Source: Octopus sinensis (Eukaryota). From it: a DNA stretch of 64,000 nt. The stretch lies in assembly GCF_006345805.1 (NCBI RefSeq), contig NC_043008.1, forward strand, positions 79,360,001-79,424,000. Reading direction: 5' to 3'. Below the pieces are notes generated by a model. It was not told the origin of the DNA. It ran no database searches and saw only the letters and a list, made by a program, of their open reading frames with translations. Shown here in pieces: positions 24,444 through 37,340 of this stretch (positions within the stretch are counted from its first letter, which is position 1; every line of letters begins with the position of its first letter). A program made the translations under genes and the position numbers.

Positions 24444-26081
24444 CTATTCTCAATTCAAAACCTTGAACTTTGTTATATACTAAATCTGTTTCCTTGTGTA
24501 CTCTTCCTGCACTCCACCATCCATAAGGCTTTTCATCCATCAAATCTATTTCCCAATCTATAGTGCTTTTCATCCACCATCTCAATCAAATTTTATTTAG
24601 CTTCCTCTTATATACCAAAACATGGAGGCACATGACTTAGTAACAGACCAGAATCCCATCCAGTGGGGAATAGAAAGTGGCCTTGTGAGTCTATATGACT
24701 CTGGAAGGAGCTTTTTATCCATATAATAAAACCATTAAGCTCTACCAACTCTTGAGCTACTGTCTCCATACATCATATTCCCAATCTACATCCAGCATAC
24801 TTCTCTCTAACAAGCATTCTCTCCTTGGATAAGTCTCCATTTCATATCTGTTGACAAATTTCATTTCCAACAGACCAAATTATGTGCCTTTTTTACACAA
24901 CAGACTGCTGCAACAGTTCCAATTGGACATAGTGACTTCAATTGCTCCACTAATCTCAGCAAACTTCCATCCCACTAGACAACTGTTCCTTTATATTTCA
25001 TGACTTCGGATGTGTTCATCAGCTTGTGCCATCATACATTGGACTATTTAGATTTTTAGAAGTATTTATGAGTATTGAACCTCTGGGAGGAATTCAATTC
25101 ATTTTGTCACCTTCAATACTGACATAACATTGTTGTCCAGACCAACACAAGTGAAATATAATGATGTGGCAGGCACCAACAAGGCCAATGTGCTTTGGCA
25201 TCCCTCAACCCCTTTTCTACTGTAAATTGCTTTGCAACCACAACCCCACAACCAACAACTTGTGTGCTTGTCACCATACTCCAATTCATCACCTTTTTCT
25301 CCTTCTCACAGCCATCAATCTCACCATTCATCCACCACATATCTCCATCATCTACTTCCCAAAATTCATAAAGCTAGCATTCCAAGCCATTCCATCATCT
25401 CCACCTAAAACTATCCTACTACTGAACTCATCTGCAAGTAGTCAAATAGATTTTCTTAGCTTTCTGCCTTCTCAATCCTTCTATCATACATCCATGATTT
25501 ACATCACACCCTTCAAATCTTTAATCCTTCTATCCTCCATGCCTTCCTTCACTTCCTTTTATTATGGATAACATAAAAAAAAACTGTGGCTTCTATTAAC
25601 TTCAAGATTTTATTCTTTTACTCGTTTCAGTTATTTGACTGTAGCAATGCTGGAGCATGACCTTAAGATTTTAGTTGATAAAATTTTTAATAATTTATCT
25701 CATCTTTCTTCTGAACTATCTTGTACATTTAAAAACAATATCGAGGGTACAAGCAATGTTTTTGAAAACTAATCTTCCCTATTCTCAATTCAAAACCTTG
25801 TACTTTGTTATATACTAAATCTGTTTCCTTGTGTACTCTTCCTGCACTCCACCATCCATAAGGCTTTTCATCCATTAAATCTATTTCCCAATCTATAGTG
25901 CTTTTTATCCACCATCTCAATCAAATTTTATTTAGCTTCCTCTTATATACCAAAACATGGAGGCACATGACTTAGTAACAGACCAGAATCCCATCCAGTG
26001 AGGAATATATACACCATAGAAAGTGGCCTTGTGAGTTTATATGACTCTGGAAGGAGCTTTTTATCCATAAACTAAAACCAT
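24444..26081 (+). repeat. ~290-bp direct duplication (24444-24735 and 25779-26081) in decayed LINE-like DNA
   Basis: Near-identical copies; the second carries an extra ~12 bp. Confidence 0.85.
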
Positions 26082-26349
26082 ATAAGAATTATAGGTATAT
26101 CATTCTTCATGTCAAATATTTCACTTTCTCTTTCCCTCAGTTTTTGTTATTTTATTTATTGTCTTTCTATTGTAAAATTGCTTTTGGCACTCTTGTTGGT
26201 GAATTTCTCTGAGTGCTTTGAAACCTATAGATGCTCACACACACATGTACATTGCTGAAAGCCTTTAAAGCATCATCTTCATCATTATTATTCAGAGAGG
26301 GACAGAGGTTTGCTTAGCTTCTAATGCTGCCAACTCACCACCTTCTACA

Positions 26350-26630
26350 GTCTTTCTGTTCTTCTGGAAGTAGATTGTTACTTTCCAGATGGTTGTATAA
26401 CCCTTCCACTTAGACACCAGTCATAAGCTTCCACATTAGTGGTAAACAGGTTATAGGTTGAAAATTTGAAGCCAAGTTCCTTTTCAAGGGATCCTTGAGA
26501 TATAGCAGCATTTGTCTACTTGTCATCCAGACAAGGATATGCCCTTGCTGCAGGCAGTCATCCAGTTGCGCAGCAATACTTTAATGCAACTGTGTAAAGT
26601 TCTGATTATTCTGGCCAGGCCAAGGAGGCA
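26350..26630 (-). mobile_element. R4/Dong-like RT fragment
   Basis: QLDDCLQQG, SNFQPITCLPLMWKLMTG and NNLLPEEQKDCRR. Confidence 0.7.
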
Positions 26631-27420
26631 AACCTTTTGTAACAGTTCTAATGGGTACTCTTACTATCGTTATTATTATTATTTGTGTGCTTTCACAGCG
26701 CAAGCATATTGAAAGTACTCTACATAATATGGGTATTGTACCTACTTGTACTTATTTACCATATGTGTTCATATTTGTAAACCCTGGAGTTTGGGATGTG
26801 CATTTATCTCCATGACTTTTGTTCATTCTTAAAGGACTTCTTAGGGATTATTTGTAAATTCTGAAACCCTACCAGCTGCCTTCTATGTGGACCCTACCTC
26901 TTGAAGGCTATAGTCTACAGAGCTACCCTTACACAATCCAATAGCATCACAAGACACTACATGAGCATAACAACCAATGACTTCAAGAGAACATACAGCA
27001 TATGAATTCCATCAGATGCAGGAATAGAGAATATTCCACCTCCTTGTCTCTGAGACTGACATACAACATTCATGTAACAAGCCTATGAATCTTTAATTTG
27101 CATGAGGCCATATCAGACTGTTTTAAAGTGTGTGTGTGTGTGTAGCAAGCTATTTAGCTTTAAATTATATCAGATAGGCATATTTCAGCATTGTCAACAT
27201 TTGATCATGCGATTAAGGTTGGACTAAATCCATTGCAAGGATTAGATGGTTTTTAACTAGCCAATTTGTGTTTGAGCAACAGTTTTTGTTCCAACGCAGA
27301 AAAATTCTCTTTCTGCCTACCAACCATTATATAAGGAATGCGCCCTCATGCTACAGAACAAAGAGAGGAGACAGAGATGAGATCACAAGCCAAGCAGATG
27401 TTTTCCTGTTAGACAAAATA

Positions 27421-28712
27421 AAGGGGTTGGACAAAATAATGGAAACACCTTAAAATTTCAAGTAAATTTATTTTAATATGGGGTAGGACTGCTTTTGGCA
27501 GTTCTTGTAGTGATGATGGTGGAGGATATCGACTCCTTACTTGTTTTTTTCTAAAATGCTCTATAAATCATCATCATCATCGTTTAGCGTCCGCTTTCCA
27601 TGCTAGCATGGGTTGGACGGTTCAACTGGGGTCTGGGAAGCCAGAAGGCTGCACGAGGCCCAGTTTGATCTGGCAATGTTTCTACGGCTGGATGCCCTTC
27701 CTAACGCCAATAATATTGAGATCTGGGGATTGTGGTGGCCAGATAAGATGTTCAACTTCACTAGAATGATCCTCATGCCATTCAGTAACAACTTTAGCTG
27801 TGTGAATTGGTGCATTATCATCCTGAAAGATTGCATTTCCCTCCAGAAACAGTTCTGCAACCACAGAATGAATTTGATCAGATAAAATACTTAAATAGTC
27901 TTGACTATTAATTCTGTCATGAAGGGAACCCATTGGGCCAACCGATTTCCAAGATATAGTCCCCCCCCCCCCACCGATTATCCATGTATAACAGTTGGAA
28001 GAAGGCAGTCTGGGTCAAATGCTCCTTTTGGCTGTTTCCACATGTATACTCAGCTGGTTGTTGGAAATAGGGTAAAGGATGACTCGTCCAAGAAAATAAC
28101 ATTCTTCAACTGCTCTAGGGACCAATTCTGCAAGATTTTATTCCACTCTAGTGCTTTGGAATGTTTGTTTTTGTAAGTAGTGTTTTTCTGATTTGCAACC
28201 CTCCCATGAAATCTGGCTTTGTGCAGCTCCTGGCGAACAGTTTTTGTGGAAACTGGGTTCTTGGGGTGGTCATTAAGCTCTGCAGTAATTTTGGGAACAG
28301 TACTTTTGTGATCCTTTCTAACAATTCACATAAAAGTCCCTATCTGAAAATGTTGGTTTCCTTCCAGAGTTTTGTTTTGACGAGGAGGTTTTTCCCTCTT
28401 TCTCAAAGGCTGTCATTACTTTCAAGACTACTTCTTGATTCACCAAACATTTCAGCTGTTTTCATTATGCTAGTGCCTGCCATATGAGCACCAACAATTT
28501 GACCTCTTTGAAAGTCCAATAGATCTGTCTTTTTAATGAATTTTAATTACCTTTTTCTGATGATATCTGAAAAGAAACAGCAATTTTAGTAAAACATATT
28601 AAACAACACTAATAATAAACCAAAAAACAGAAATATAAACAAGCTTTTGACAGTTTTATACATGTTTAAAAATTATGATGCTAAGTGTTTCCATTATTTT
28701 GTCCAACTCCTG
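27421..28712 (-). mobile_element. Full-length Tc1-like element with a nested RTE tail (27568-27712)
   Basis: TIRs AGG(G/A)GTTGGACAAAATAATGGAAACAC with TA flanks; IFQDDNAPIHTA and WPPQSPDLNII. Confidence 0.9.
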
Positions 28713-28759
28713 TATATATATGGTCACAGCCTTAGGGATGATATATATAAAAGAATATC

Positions 28760-30370
28760 ATCATCGTCGTTTATCATCCCCTTTTGATGCTGGCATGGGT
28801 TGTCTGGTTTGGCTGAGGGCTGGCAAGCCAGAAGGCTGCTCCAGGCTCCAATCCAATCTGGCAAAGTTTCTACAGCTGGATGCCTTTCTTATTGCCAACC
28901 ATTCCAAGAGTGTAGTGGGTGCTTTTTATATGCCACCAGTACAAGGGCCAGTCAGGTGGTACTGGCATCGACCATGCTTCTATGGTGCTTTTTACATGTC
29001 ACTGGCACAGGTGCCAATCAGGCAGGTACTGTCATCGGCCACAACAATGATTTCACTTGCCTCAACAAGTGCAGTTTATTGCCCAATGATTGAAGGGTAC
29101 TCTTAAATGGGCTGGTTATGCTGCACTGGCATAAGCCACAGTTATGGTCTCACTTGGCTTGCCAAGTCTTCTCAAGCACAGCATATCTCCAAAGGTCTCA
29201 CTCACTTGTCATCACCTCGGTGAAACCCAACGTTTGAAGGTTGTGCTTCACCATCTCATCCCAGGTCTTCCTGGGTCTAACTCTTCCATAGATTCCCTTT
29301 ACTGCTAGTATGTGACGCTTTTTCACACAGCTGTCCTCATCCATAAGCAACACATGACCATACTAGTGCAGTCGTCTCTCTTGCACAAAGCATCTGATGC
29401 TTATGTCCAACTTTTCTCTTAGGGCACTTACACTCTGTCGTGTATGCACACTGACATTATACATCCAGTGGAGCATACTAGCTTCATTCCTTGCAAGCTT
29501 ATGCATATCCTCAGCAGTTACAGCTCATGTTTCACTTCCAGGTAGCATGGCTGTTCGCACACATGTGTCATACAGTCTACCTTTTACTCTGAACAAGGGA
29601 CCTTTGTCACCAGCAGAGGTAGGAGCTCTCTGAACTTTGCTTAGGCTATTCTTATTCAAGCAGCCACACTCTCGGAGCACCCACCCCTGCTACTGACTTG
29701 GTCACCTAGGTAACAGAAGCTATCAACTACTTCTAGTTTTTTCCCCCTGGAACATGACGGAAGCTGTTTTCTGCACATTTTCAGTGTTTATAGCATCTGA
29801 GCATTTGCCACATACAAAAACTATCTTCCCAGTTAGCCTTCCTTTGATATTGCTGCATCTCTTATGTGTCCACAGCTTACACTGGTTACATTGTATGGAG
29901 TTTCTACCTATGCCTTTTCTACAGACTGAGAAGGGCCATCTACCTGAAGGGATTTGCAGTTTGTCAGCCTTCCTACTTATTAGGACGGTTTTTGCTAGAT
30001 TGACTCTAAGGCCCTTCGATTCTAGACCTTGCTTCTACACCTGAAACTTCTCTTCTAGTTCTGATAGTGACTCAGCTATTAGAGCAAGGTCATCAGCATA
30101 AGAGAAGTTCCCAGGAGCATCCTGTCTTGAATTCCTCTGTTATTGCCTGGAGGACTGATCTTTGGTGGACTCCTACCCCTACTCAGAATTCTTCACTGTA
30201 CTCATTACCAACCCTCACCTTACTGATATCATCTCTGTACATGGCTTGTACAACTCTCACTAACCAGTCATCTGCCCTAGTTTCCATATTGACCACCAGA
30301 TAAGGGATCAGGTGACCCTGTCAATGGCTTTCTCCATGTCAACGAAAGCCAGGTACAGAGGTTTATCTTT
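28760..30370 (-). mobile_element. 5'-truncated degraded RTE LINE
   Basis: Reverse complement of the RT, thumb and 3' UTR of the RTE family. Confidence 0.85.
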
Positions 30371-30567
30371 ATGTGTGTGTGTGTGTGTGGGTGTGTGTCT
30401 ATAAACGAATTAAAACTAGTGTGTTGTAAACATTATTATACATACTCATTGTATGTGCTTTGTTTGTTTGCCAGTTCACTGTGATAAAGTGCCTGAAGGA
30501 TAACTCCTTCAGGTGCTTTACCACAGCAAAGAAACAAATTACATTCATTGAGTATGTGCAGCTGATA

Positions 30568-30601
<34 letters not shown>

Positions 30602-30609
30602 TTTTTTTT

Positions 30610-31350
30610 TATCATCATTTAGCATTCATTTTCCGTACTGACATGGGTTAGATGGTTTAACTGGAACTGGTAAGCCAGAGAGCTGCTTTGACAGCTGTTT
30701 TGACTTGTTTTCTACAGCTGGATGCTTAATGATAACCACTCCATAGAGCGTACCGGGTGTCTTTTATATGTCACTGACAAAGGGTGCCTTTTACATGTCA
30801 CTACCACAGGTGCCTTTTATATGTCTTGGACACTGGCCATAACTACAATTTCACTTAGCTTGATGTGTCTTCTCAAGAACAACAAATCACCAAAATTCTC
30901 AGTCACTTGTTATTGCCTCAGTGAGACTCAACATTCAATGATCATATTTCACCACTTCATCCCATGTCTTCCTGGGTCTACCTCTTCCATAGGTTCCCTC
31001 CACAATTAGTGATCAGCTCTTCTTTACACAGGTGTCCTCATGCATATGCATTACATGGTCATACCAGCAGTCTTCCTTCTTGCACACTACATCTGATGCC
31101 TTATACCCACTTTTTCTCTTAAGACACTTACACTTTGTTGTACATACACACTGACATTGCATATCCAGTGAAACATACTATCCTCATTTCTTTCAAACCT
31201 TTGCATGTCCTCTGCACTTGCAGCCCATGTTTCACTGTCATGTATAGCATGGCTGTTCACACACAGGCATCATACAATCTGCCTTACCCTCTGAAAGAGA
31301 GAGGCCCTTTGTTACCAACAGAGATAGAAGCTCTCTGAACTTCGCCCAGC
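30610..31350 (-). mobile_element. RTE 3' fragment
   Basis: Similar to 40540-41648. Confidence 0.75.
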
Positions 31351-31976
31351 CGATTCATATATTTCATATATATTCATATATATATATATATATATATATT
31401 TAAAAAAAGGAGATGTCGAACACGAGTGGTGATATATAAAAAAGGAAATGAAGAAAATGCTGACAAATAATTGAAGTAATTTAAGTAATTTAATTAGGTG
31501 AAAGTTCTTTTTACCGGTTGCGCATTTGTTATGCTTATCAAAATATAAAAGAGAGATTAGAGTCTGTCTCTTATATGTGAAAAAAAGAGGCTCCAGAGTT
31601 GTTTTGGATTTGCTTGGTTTCGCGCCTAAAATTTTGATTGGTCATTATGAAGGGGTCACGTGAATGTTTGAATGGAAGTTGGTGTTGGGGTAAGAAAAAA
31701 GGCTCCAGAGAAGTTAAAATTTGGCTAGTGTCCCGCCTAAAATTTCTTATTGGCCATAATATAGAGGTCACGTGAATGTTTAGAATTTTCGAAAATAGTG
31801 TTGTTGAAAATTCTTATTGTTCAGGCTGGTCAGTAGACGTCATGTGGATATTTTAAATAGCTTTTTAGCGCATAGTTAGGGAGTGTATTTTCCGCTTGAC
31901 TGGATAAGTAAGTTCGTTTAGAACAGGGAGAGCTATCACCATTAAAGAGGCCGATAAAGGAAGTGCAGTAGTCTTA

Positions 31977-33827
31977 ATGGAGACAGAATACTATATCAAC
32001 TTAGCACTCTCCACCTTGGAAAATGGAACATATTACGAAAAGGCTGAACACTACAATCAACAGAAAATTATGAGAAACTTAAAAACCCTGATCAACCCCC
32101 ACAAAGAAGAACTCACTAACAAAGAATTCAACTTCATCACAAATTTCACTAGTAAAACCAGCCTCTTCTACGGTATTCCCAAAATTCATAAAAGCGAATT
32201 AATAAGTAAGGCATGCAAGGAAGCCACAAACTCTGTAATCAATGTCCCCTCACCAAATGACCTCAAATTGAGACCTATAATAGCAGGTCCCGCTTGCGAA
32301 ACCCACCGCCTTAGCAACTTCATTGATACCCTTCTCAAGCCGTTCCTCAAACACATTAAAAGCTACATAAGGGACGATCTAGATATGCTCAACCACCTCC
32401 CCAATACACTTCTTGCTGAACAAACCCTGCTAGTAACATTCGATGTAGTCAATCTTTACTCCAACATCCCCCACAACCTAGGAATAGAAGCTATCCAATT
32501 CTGGCTGGATAATTACTCCAACGAACTCCCACACCGCATCAAAAAGGAATTCATTTTAGAAGGACTCAAATTCATCTTAGAGAATAATTTCTTCACCTTC
32601 AACAACAAATTCTACAGACAGAAATCAGGGACGGCAATGGGAACGAAAACAGCTCCCACTTACGCCAACTTAGTCATGGGATACCTGGAAATCACCCTCT
32701 ATAATAACGTTCTTAACCAATTTGGCACCACTCTCCACACACACATAGAGAAGAACTGGAAGAGATATCTTGATGACTGCTTCATCCTTTGGCCCGAAAC
32801 CGTCGAGAAGCTTAACGAATTTCACACTCTTATAAATGGGCTCAACACAAACATTATTTTCACAATGGAATACAGCCCTCAACAAATTCCCTTCCTCGAC
32901 ATCCTCATTAAAATTCACAACAAAAAAATAGAAACAGACATATACTACAAGCCCACAGACTCCAAGCAATACCTCCCTTTCAATTCATGCCACCCTAGAC
33001 ACGTTAAAATTAACATTCCCTACAACTTAGCCAAGAGAATTTGCACTATAGTCTCCAATAAAAACACCCGTCTCTTACGTCTACAAGAACTCAAGGGCAC
33101 ATTAACAAGCAGGGATTACCCCACGTCACTAATTGACAATGGGATCCAACGCGCCCTAAAACTCAGCACGCAGGAACTTAGACGCCCTAAACCTGTTACA
33201 TCGAAACCCCATACTCTACCATACATCTCTACACACAACCCCCTCAACAATGAAGCTTTTGACACCATCCTCCAGAACATTCCTGTATTACAAAAGGACC
33301 ATAGAATGAACCAAATCCTCCTAACACACGAAATCATAAAGAGCAAAAGGCAACCCAAATCATTGAAAACCATCCTAACAAATGCCAAAGTACTGCCAAC
33401 CACAACAACTAAACCCACAGTAAACAAATGCAATAGACCCAACTGTGGTATATGCATCAACCTAATAGAAGGTCCGGAATTCCTTTTTAAACAAGGACAA
33501 CGTTTCACAGTAAAACACAACTTCACATGCGCATCAGAAAACCTAGTATATGTCTTAACTTGCTCGGGCTGTAATGAACACTACATAGGCCAAACAAAAA
33601 ATAGCCTCCGCCAACGCATGACTGTCCACAGATCCCAAATAAAAATACAGGAATATAGAAAAATAGCATTTAGTGCACATATTGATACCTGTGCCGCACA
33701 ACTCCATCCCAATTTTAGAATCTTTCCCCTCTACAAATTTAAAGACAATGCCACTCATACCCAGCGAATAACCATGGAATCCCACCTTATTAATAAATAC
33801 AGACCACTTCTAAACACATGCCCCTAA
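31977..33827 (+). CDS. PLE reverse transcriptase plus GIY-YIG endonuclease (uninterrupted, N-terminally truncated)
   Basis: FDVVNLYSNI, GTAMGTKTAPTYANL, RYLDD, FLD, a Cys linker CNRPNCGIC, and LVYVLTC..HYIGQT. The frame is open back to the truncation (IKEADKG, ~31935). Confidence 0.92.
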   Translation: METEYYINLALSTLENGTYYEKAEHYNQQKIMRNLKTLINPHKEELTNKEFNFITNFTSKTSLFYGIPKIHKSELISKACKEATNSVINVPSPNDLKLRPIIAGPACETHRLSNFIDTLLKPFLKHIKSYIRDDLDMLNHLPNTLLAEQTLLVTFDVVNLYSNIPHNLGIEAIQFWLDNYSNELPHRIKKEFILEGLKFILENNFFTFNNKFYRQKSGTAMGTKTAPTYANLVMGYLEITLYNNVLNQFGTTLHTHIEKNWKRYLDDCFILWPETVEKLNEFHTLINGLNTNIIFTMEYSPQQIPFLDILIKIHNKKIETDIYYKPTDSKQYLPFNSCHPRHVKINIPYNLAKRICTIVSNKNTRLLRLQELKGTLTSRDYPTSLIDNGIQRALKLSTQELRRPKPVTSKPHTLPYISTHNPLNNEAFDTILQNIPVLQKDHRMNQILLTHEIIKSKRQPKSLKTILTNAKVLPTTTTKPTVNKCNRPNCGICINLIEGPEFLFKQGQRFTVKHNFTCASENLVYVLTCSGCNEHYIGQTKNSLRQRMTVHRSQIKIQEYRKIAFSAHIDTCAAQLHPNFRIFPLYKFKDNATHTQRITMESHLINKYRPLLNTCP

Positions 33828-34540
33828 CACGAACCCACAACAAACACACTTACACCTGCACACACCCTACACACACCTTTACCCAGATATTAACACCATG
33901 ACACACACAAATATATGGTTCCACACATACACATAATTGAATACGGGTGCAAAACATCCAACACTATTTTTTGGAAATGGCTGTAAATATTGACTTCACA
34001 CAAAAACGTTGCTTCCCGATACAGGCACAAGGCCAGCAGAACTATAAATATTGAAAATTGTACCCACACACATACACATATATACACGCGCGCGCGCCCC
34101 AACATACATATAAACACACACACGCGCGCGCGCGCACACACATACATACATACAGCTCTCCCTGTTCTAAACGAACTTACTTATCCAGTCAAGCGGAAAA
34201 TACACTCCCTAACTACGCGCTAAAAAGCTATTTAAAATATCCACATGACGTCTACTGACCAGCCTGAACAATAAGAATTTTCAACAACACTATTTTCGAA
34301 AATTCTAAACATTCACGTGACCTCTATATTATGGCCAATAAGAAATTTTAGGCGGGACACTAGCCAAATTTTAACTTCTCTGGAGCCTTTTTTCTTACCC
34401 CAACACCAACTTCCATTCAAACATTCACGTGACCCCTTCATAATGACCAATCAAAATTTTAGGCGCGAAACCAAGCAAATCCAAAACAACTCTGGAGCCT
34501 CTTTTTTTCACATATAAGAGACAGACTCTAATCTCTCTTT

Positions 34541-34581
34541 TATATTTTGATAAGCATAACAAATGCGCAACCGGTAAAAAG
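34541..34581 (+). ncRNA. Candidate variant hammerhead (U3-A8 core); inverted copy at ~31507-31547
   Basis: TTGATAA-GCAT-AACAA-ATGC-GCAA-CCGGT-A-AAAAG with palindromic ACCGGT; stem I is weak and GAAA reads GCAA. Confidence 0.45.
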
Positions 34582-34649
34582 AACTTTCACCTAATTAAAT
34601 TACTTAAATTACTTCAATTATTTGTCAGCATTTTCTTCATTTCCTTTTT

Positions 34650-34683
<34 letters not shown>

Positions 34684-35151
34684 ATATTATATATATATAT
34701 ATATATACACACATATATAAATGCATGCATACACGCATACATATGTATGCATACATATACACAAATACAGTGTTTAGCATTACTCAATTTGTGGGAATAA
34801 ATATTTTACTCTATTGTGTCCATAGATATTCTCACAATGACTCAACAGGTAAATGCTTCATGCATACTTTACAAGCCATATGCATGTACTTATACACACA
34901 AACTCTCAGATGTATGTACGCATATGTACTCAGAATAATGAACACAATAGTGCATATAAATATACACATATATACTCACATGCAACAACATGACATATAA
35001 CGGTAGTCTCTTGAGTCCAAGAAAGACAGTTCTGCAATTTCTTGCTGAGCAGCCTGCACAGATGGTTTGTGATCAAATGCTTGTACTACACATTAGTTCA
35101 TATACACACATACATAACATACATATACATACATATATATATATATATATA

Positions 35152-37340
35152 TTACAAGGAAAAATGCGAGCATAAAAATTAATATTCTTAAGATTATAAA
35201 CCTGGAAAAGTACAGGACAAGTTATTACACCTGTAAAAGTATAGGACAAACTATTACTTCAAGTAAAGTAAATAAGAAGGAACTTTTTATTTAAAATATT
35301 GCAGCAAAGAGTGCCAGTTCTTTTAATTTATCCCTCTTTGTAGTTCTCATCTTTTAAATTTATTGTACAAAACAGTTCAGCTAATTTGTAAGTTTGTCTA
35401 ATTAGTCACTTTTTTCTGTATTTAAGGTAGTAAATTAGTCAAATTCTACTTAAATAAGTATAGTGTTATTTGTAAACTATAATAAAATATTTTTAATATT
35501 CAAATTTTAATTTTAGCTGCAATATTTTAAGTAAAAAATTTCCTAGAGGTGTGGAGACGCCACTATGAAAGGTTGCTGAATGAAGAAAATGAATGGGATA
35601 AAGAGAGTCTGCCGAATGTCGACCCAACAGAGGGACCAGCTATCCGAGTTGACAGTTCCTTGGTAATTAAGGCAATTAGAAGCATGAAAACAGGGGAAAC
35701 CCCAGGCCCATCAGGAATTACTGCAGAGATGCTCAAAATATCTGGTAGTGTCAGCTATAGCCTAGTCACCCGTATAGTTAACCAGGTAATACACGAAGGA
35801 GTCATACCCAATGACTGGTGTAGCAGCATAATAGTCAACTGCTACAAAGGTAAAGGTGACGCCCTAGATACAAATAATTACAGAGGTATCAAGCTGTTGG
35901 ATCAGGTAATGAAGGTTACGGAGAGGGTCATAGCCCAACTAATTAGAGAGAGAGTTAGTTTAGATGAGATGCAGTTTGGATTCATGCCAGGGAAAAGCAC
36001 CACTGATGCCATATTCCTGGTAAGACAGCTGCAGGAGAAATATCTAGCCAAAGATAAGCCCCTGTACCTGGCTTTCGTTGACATGGAGAAAGGTTTCGAC
36101 AGGGTCCCCCGATCCCTTATCTGGTGGTCAATGAGGAAACTAGGGATAGATGAATGGTTAGTGAGAGCTGTGCAAGCCATGTACAGGAACGCTGCTAGTA
36201 AGGTGAGGGCTGGCTACGAGTACAGTGAAGAATTCCGGGTAGAGGTAGGGGTCCACCAAGGTTCAGCCCTCAGCCCCCTCCTATTTATCGTAGTCCTCCA
36301 GGCAATAACGGAGGAATTCAAGACAGGATGCCCTGGGAGCTCCTCTATGTTGATGACCTTGCTCTAATTGCTGAGTCACTATCAGAACTGGAGGAGAAGT
36401 TTCAGGTGTGGAAGCAAGGATTAGAATCGAAGGGCCTTAGAGTCAACCTAGCTAAAACCAAAGTCCTAATAAGTAGGAAGGCTGACAAACTGCAAAATGG
36501 ATGAAGATAGTTGTGTGAAAAAGTTCCACACCCTAGCTGTTGAGGGAACCTGTGGAAGAGGCAGACCCAGGAAAACCAGGGATGAGGTGGTGAAGCACGA
36601 CCTTCGAACTTTAGGTCTCACCAAGGAAATGACTAGAGACCGAGACCTTTGGAAGTATGCTGTGCATGAGAAAACCCGGCAGGACAAGTGAGACCATCAC
36701 CCATGGCCTCAGTCCACTTATGCATACCTTTCCTTCTTGGGACACAAAACCCTACTTGTGAAGACCTGTTGAGGCAAGTGAAAATCAAAAAATCAAAAAA
36801 TCAAAAATCGAAATCGATCAACATGAATGGAAATTGTAGCTGTGATACCAGTGCTGGTGGCACATAAGAGAACCATCTGAACGTGGCCGTTGCCAGTGCC
36901 GCCCTGACTAGCTTCCGTGCCAGTGGCACGTAAAAAGCACCATCCGATCGTGGCCGTTGTCAGCCCCGCCTGGCCTCCGTGCCGGAGGCACGTAAAAAGC
37001 ACCATCCGACCATGGCCGTTTGCCAGCTTCGTCTGGCACCTGTGCCAGTGGCACGTAAAAAGCACCCACTACACTCACAGAGTGGTTGGCGTTAGGAAGG
37101 GCATCCAGCTGTAGAAACATTGCCAGATCAGACAGGGTCTGGTGCAACCTTCTGGCTTCCCAGACCCCAGTTGCACCGTCCAACCCATGCCAGCATGGAA
37201 AGCGGACGCTAAACGATGATGATGATGATGATGATGATGATACTTTACTTTTTACAGGTGTAATAACTTGTCTGCTACTTTTCCAGGTTTATAATCATAA
37301 AACTATTACTTTTCATGCTAGCATTTTTCCATGTAATCCA
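35152..37340. mobile_element. Foldback/MITE-like element (~100-bp inverted ends 35152-35250 and 37243-37340) split by an RTE insertion
   Basis: Ends are reverse complements, with an extra internal inverted pair at ~35284-35304 and ~35517-35537. Confidence 0.6.
35548..37240 (+). mobile_element. 5'-truncated, internally deleted RTE LINE
   Basis: RT ORF 35549-36367 closely matches 39194-40237; sequence jumps near 36495; (GAT)n tail. Confidence 0.9.

Larger units (their letters stand above)
31400..34656 (+). mobile_element. Young 5'-truncated Neptune-like Penelope element with 503-bp inverted terminal repeats
   Basis: Inverted repeats 31432-31934 and 34154-34656 are nearly identical; inserted in (TA)n. 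Confidence 0.9.
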
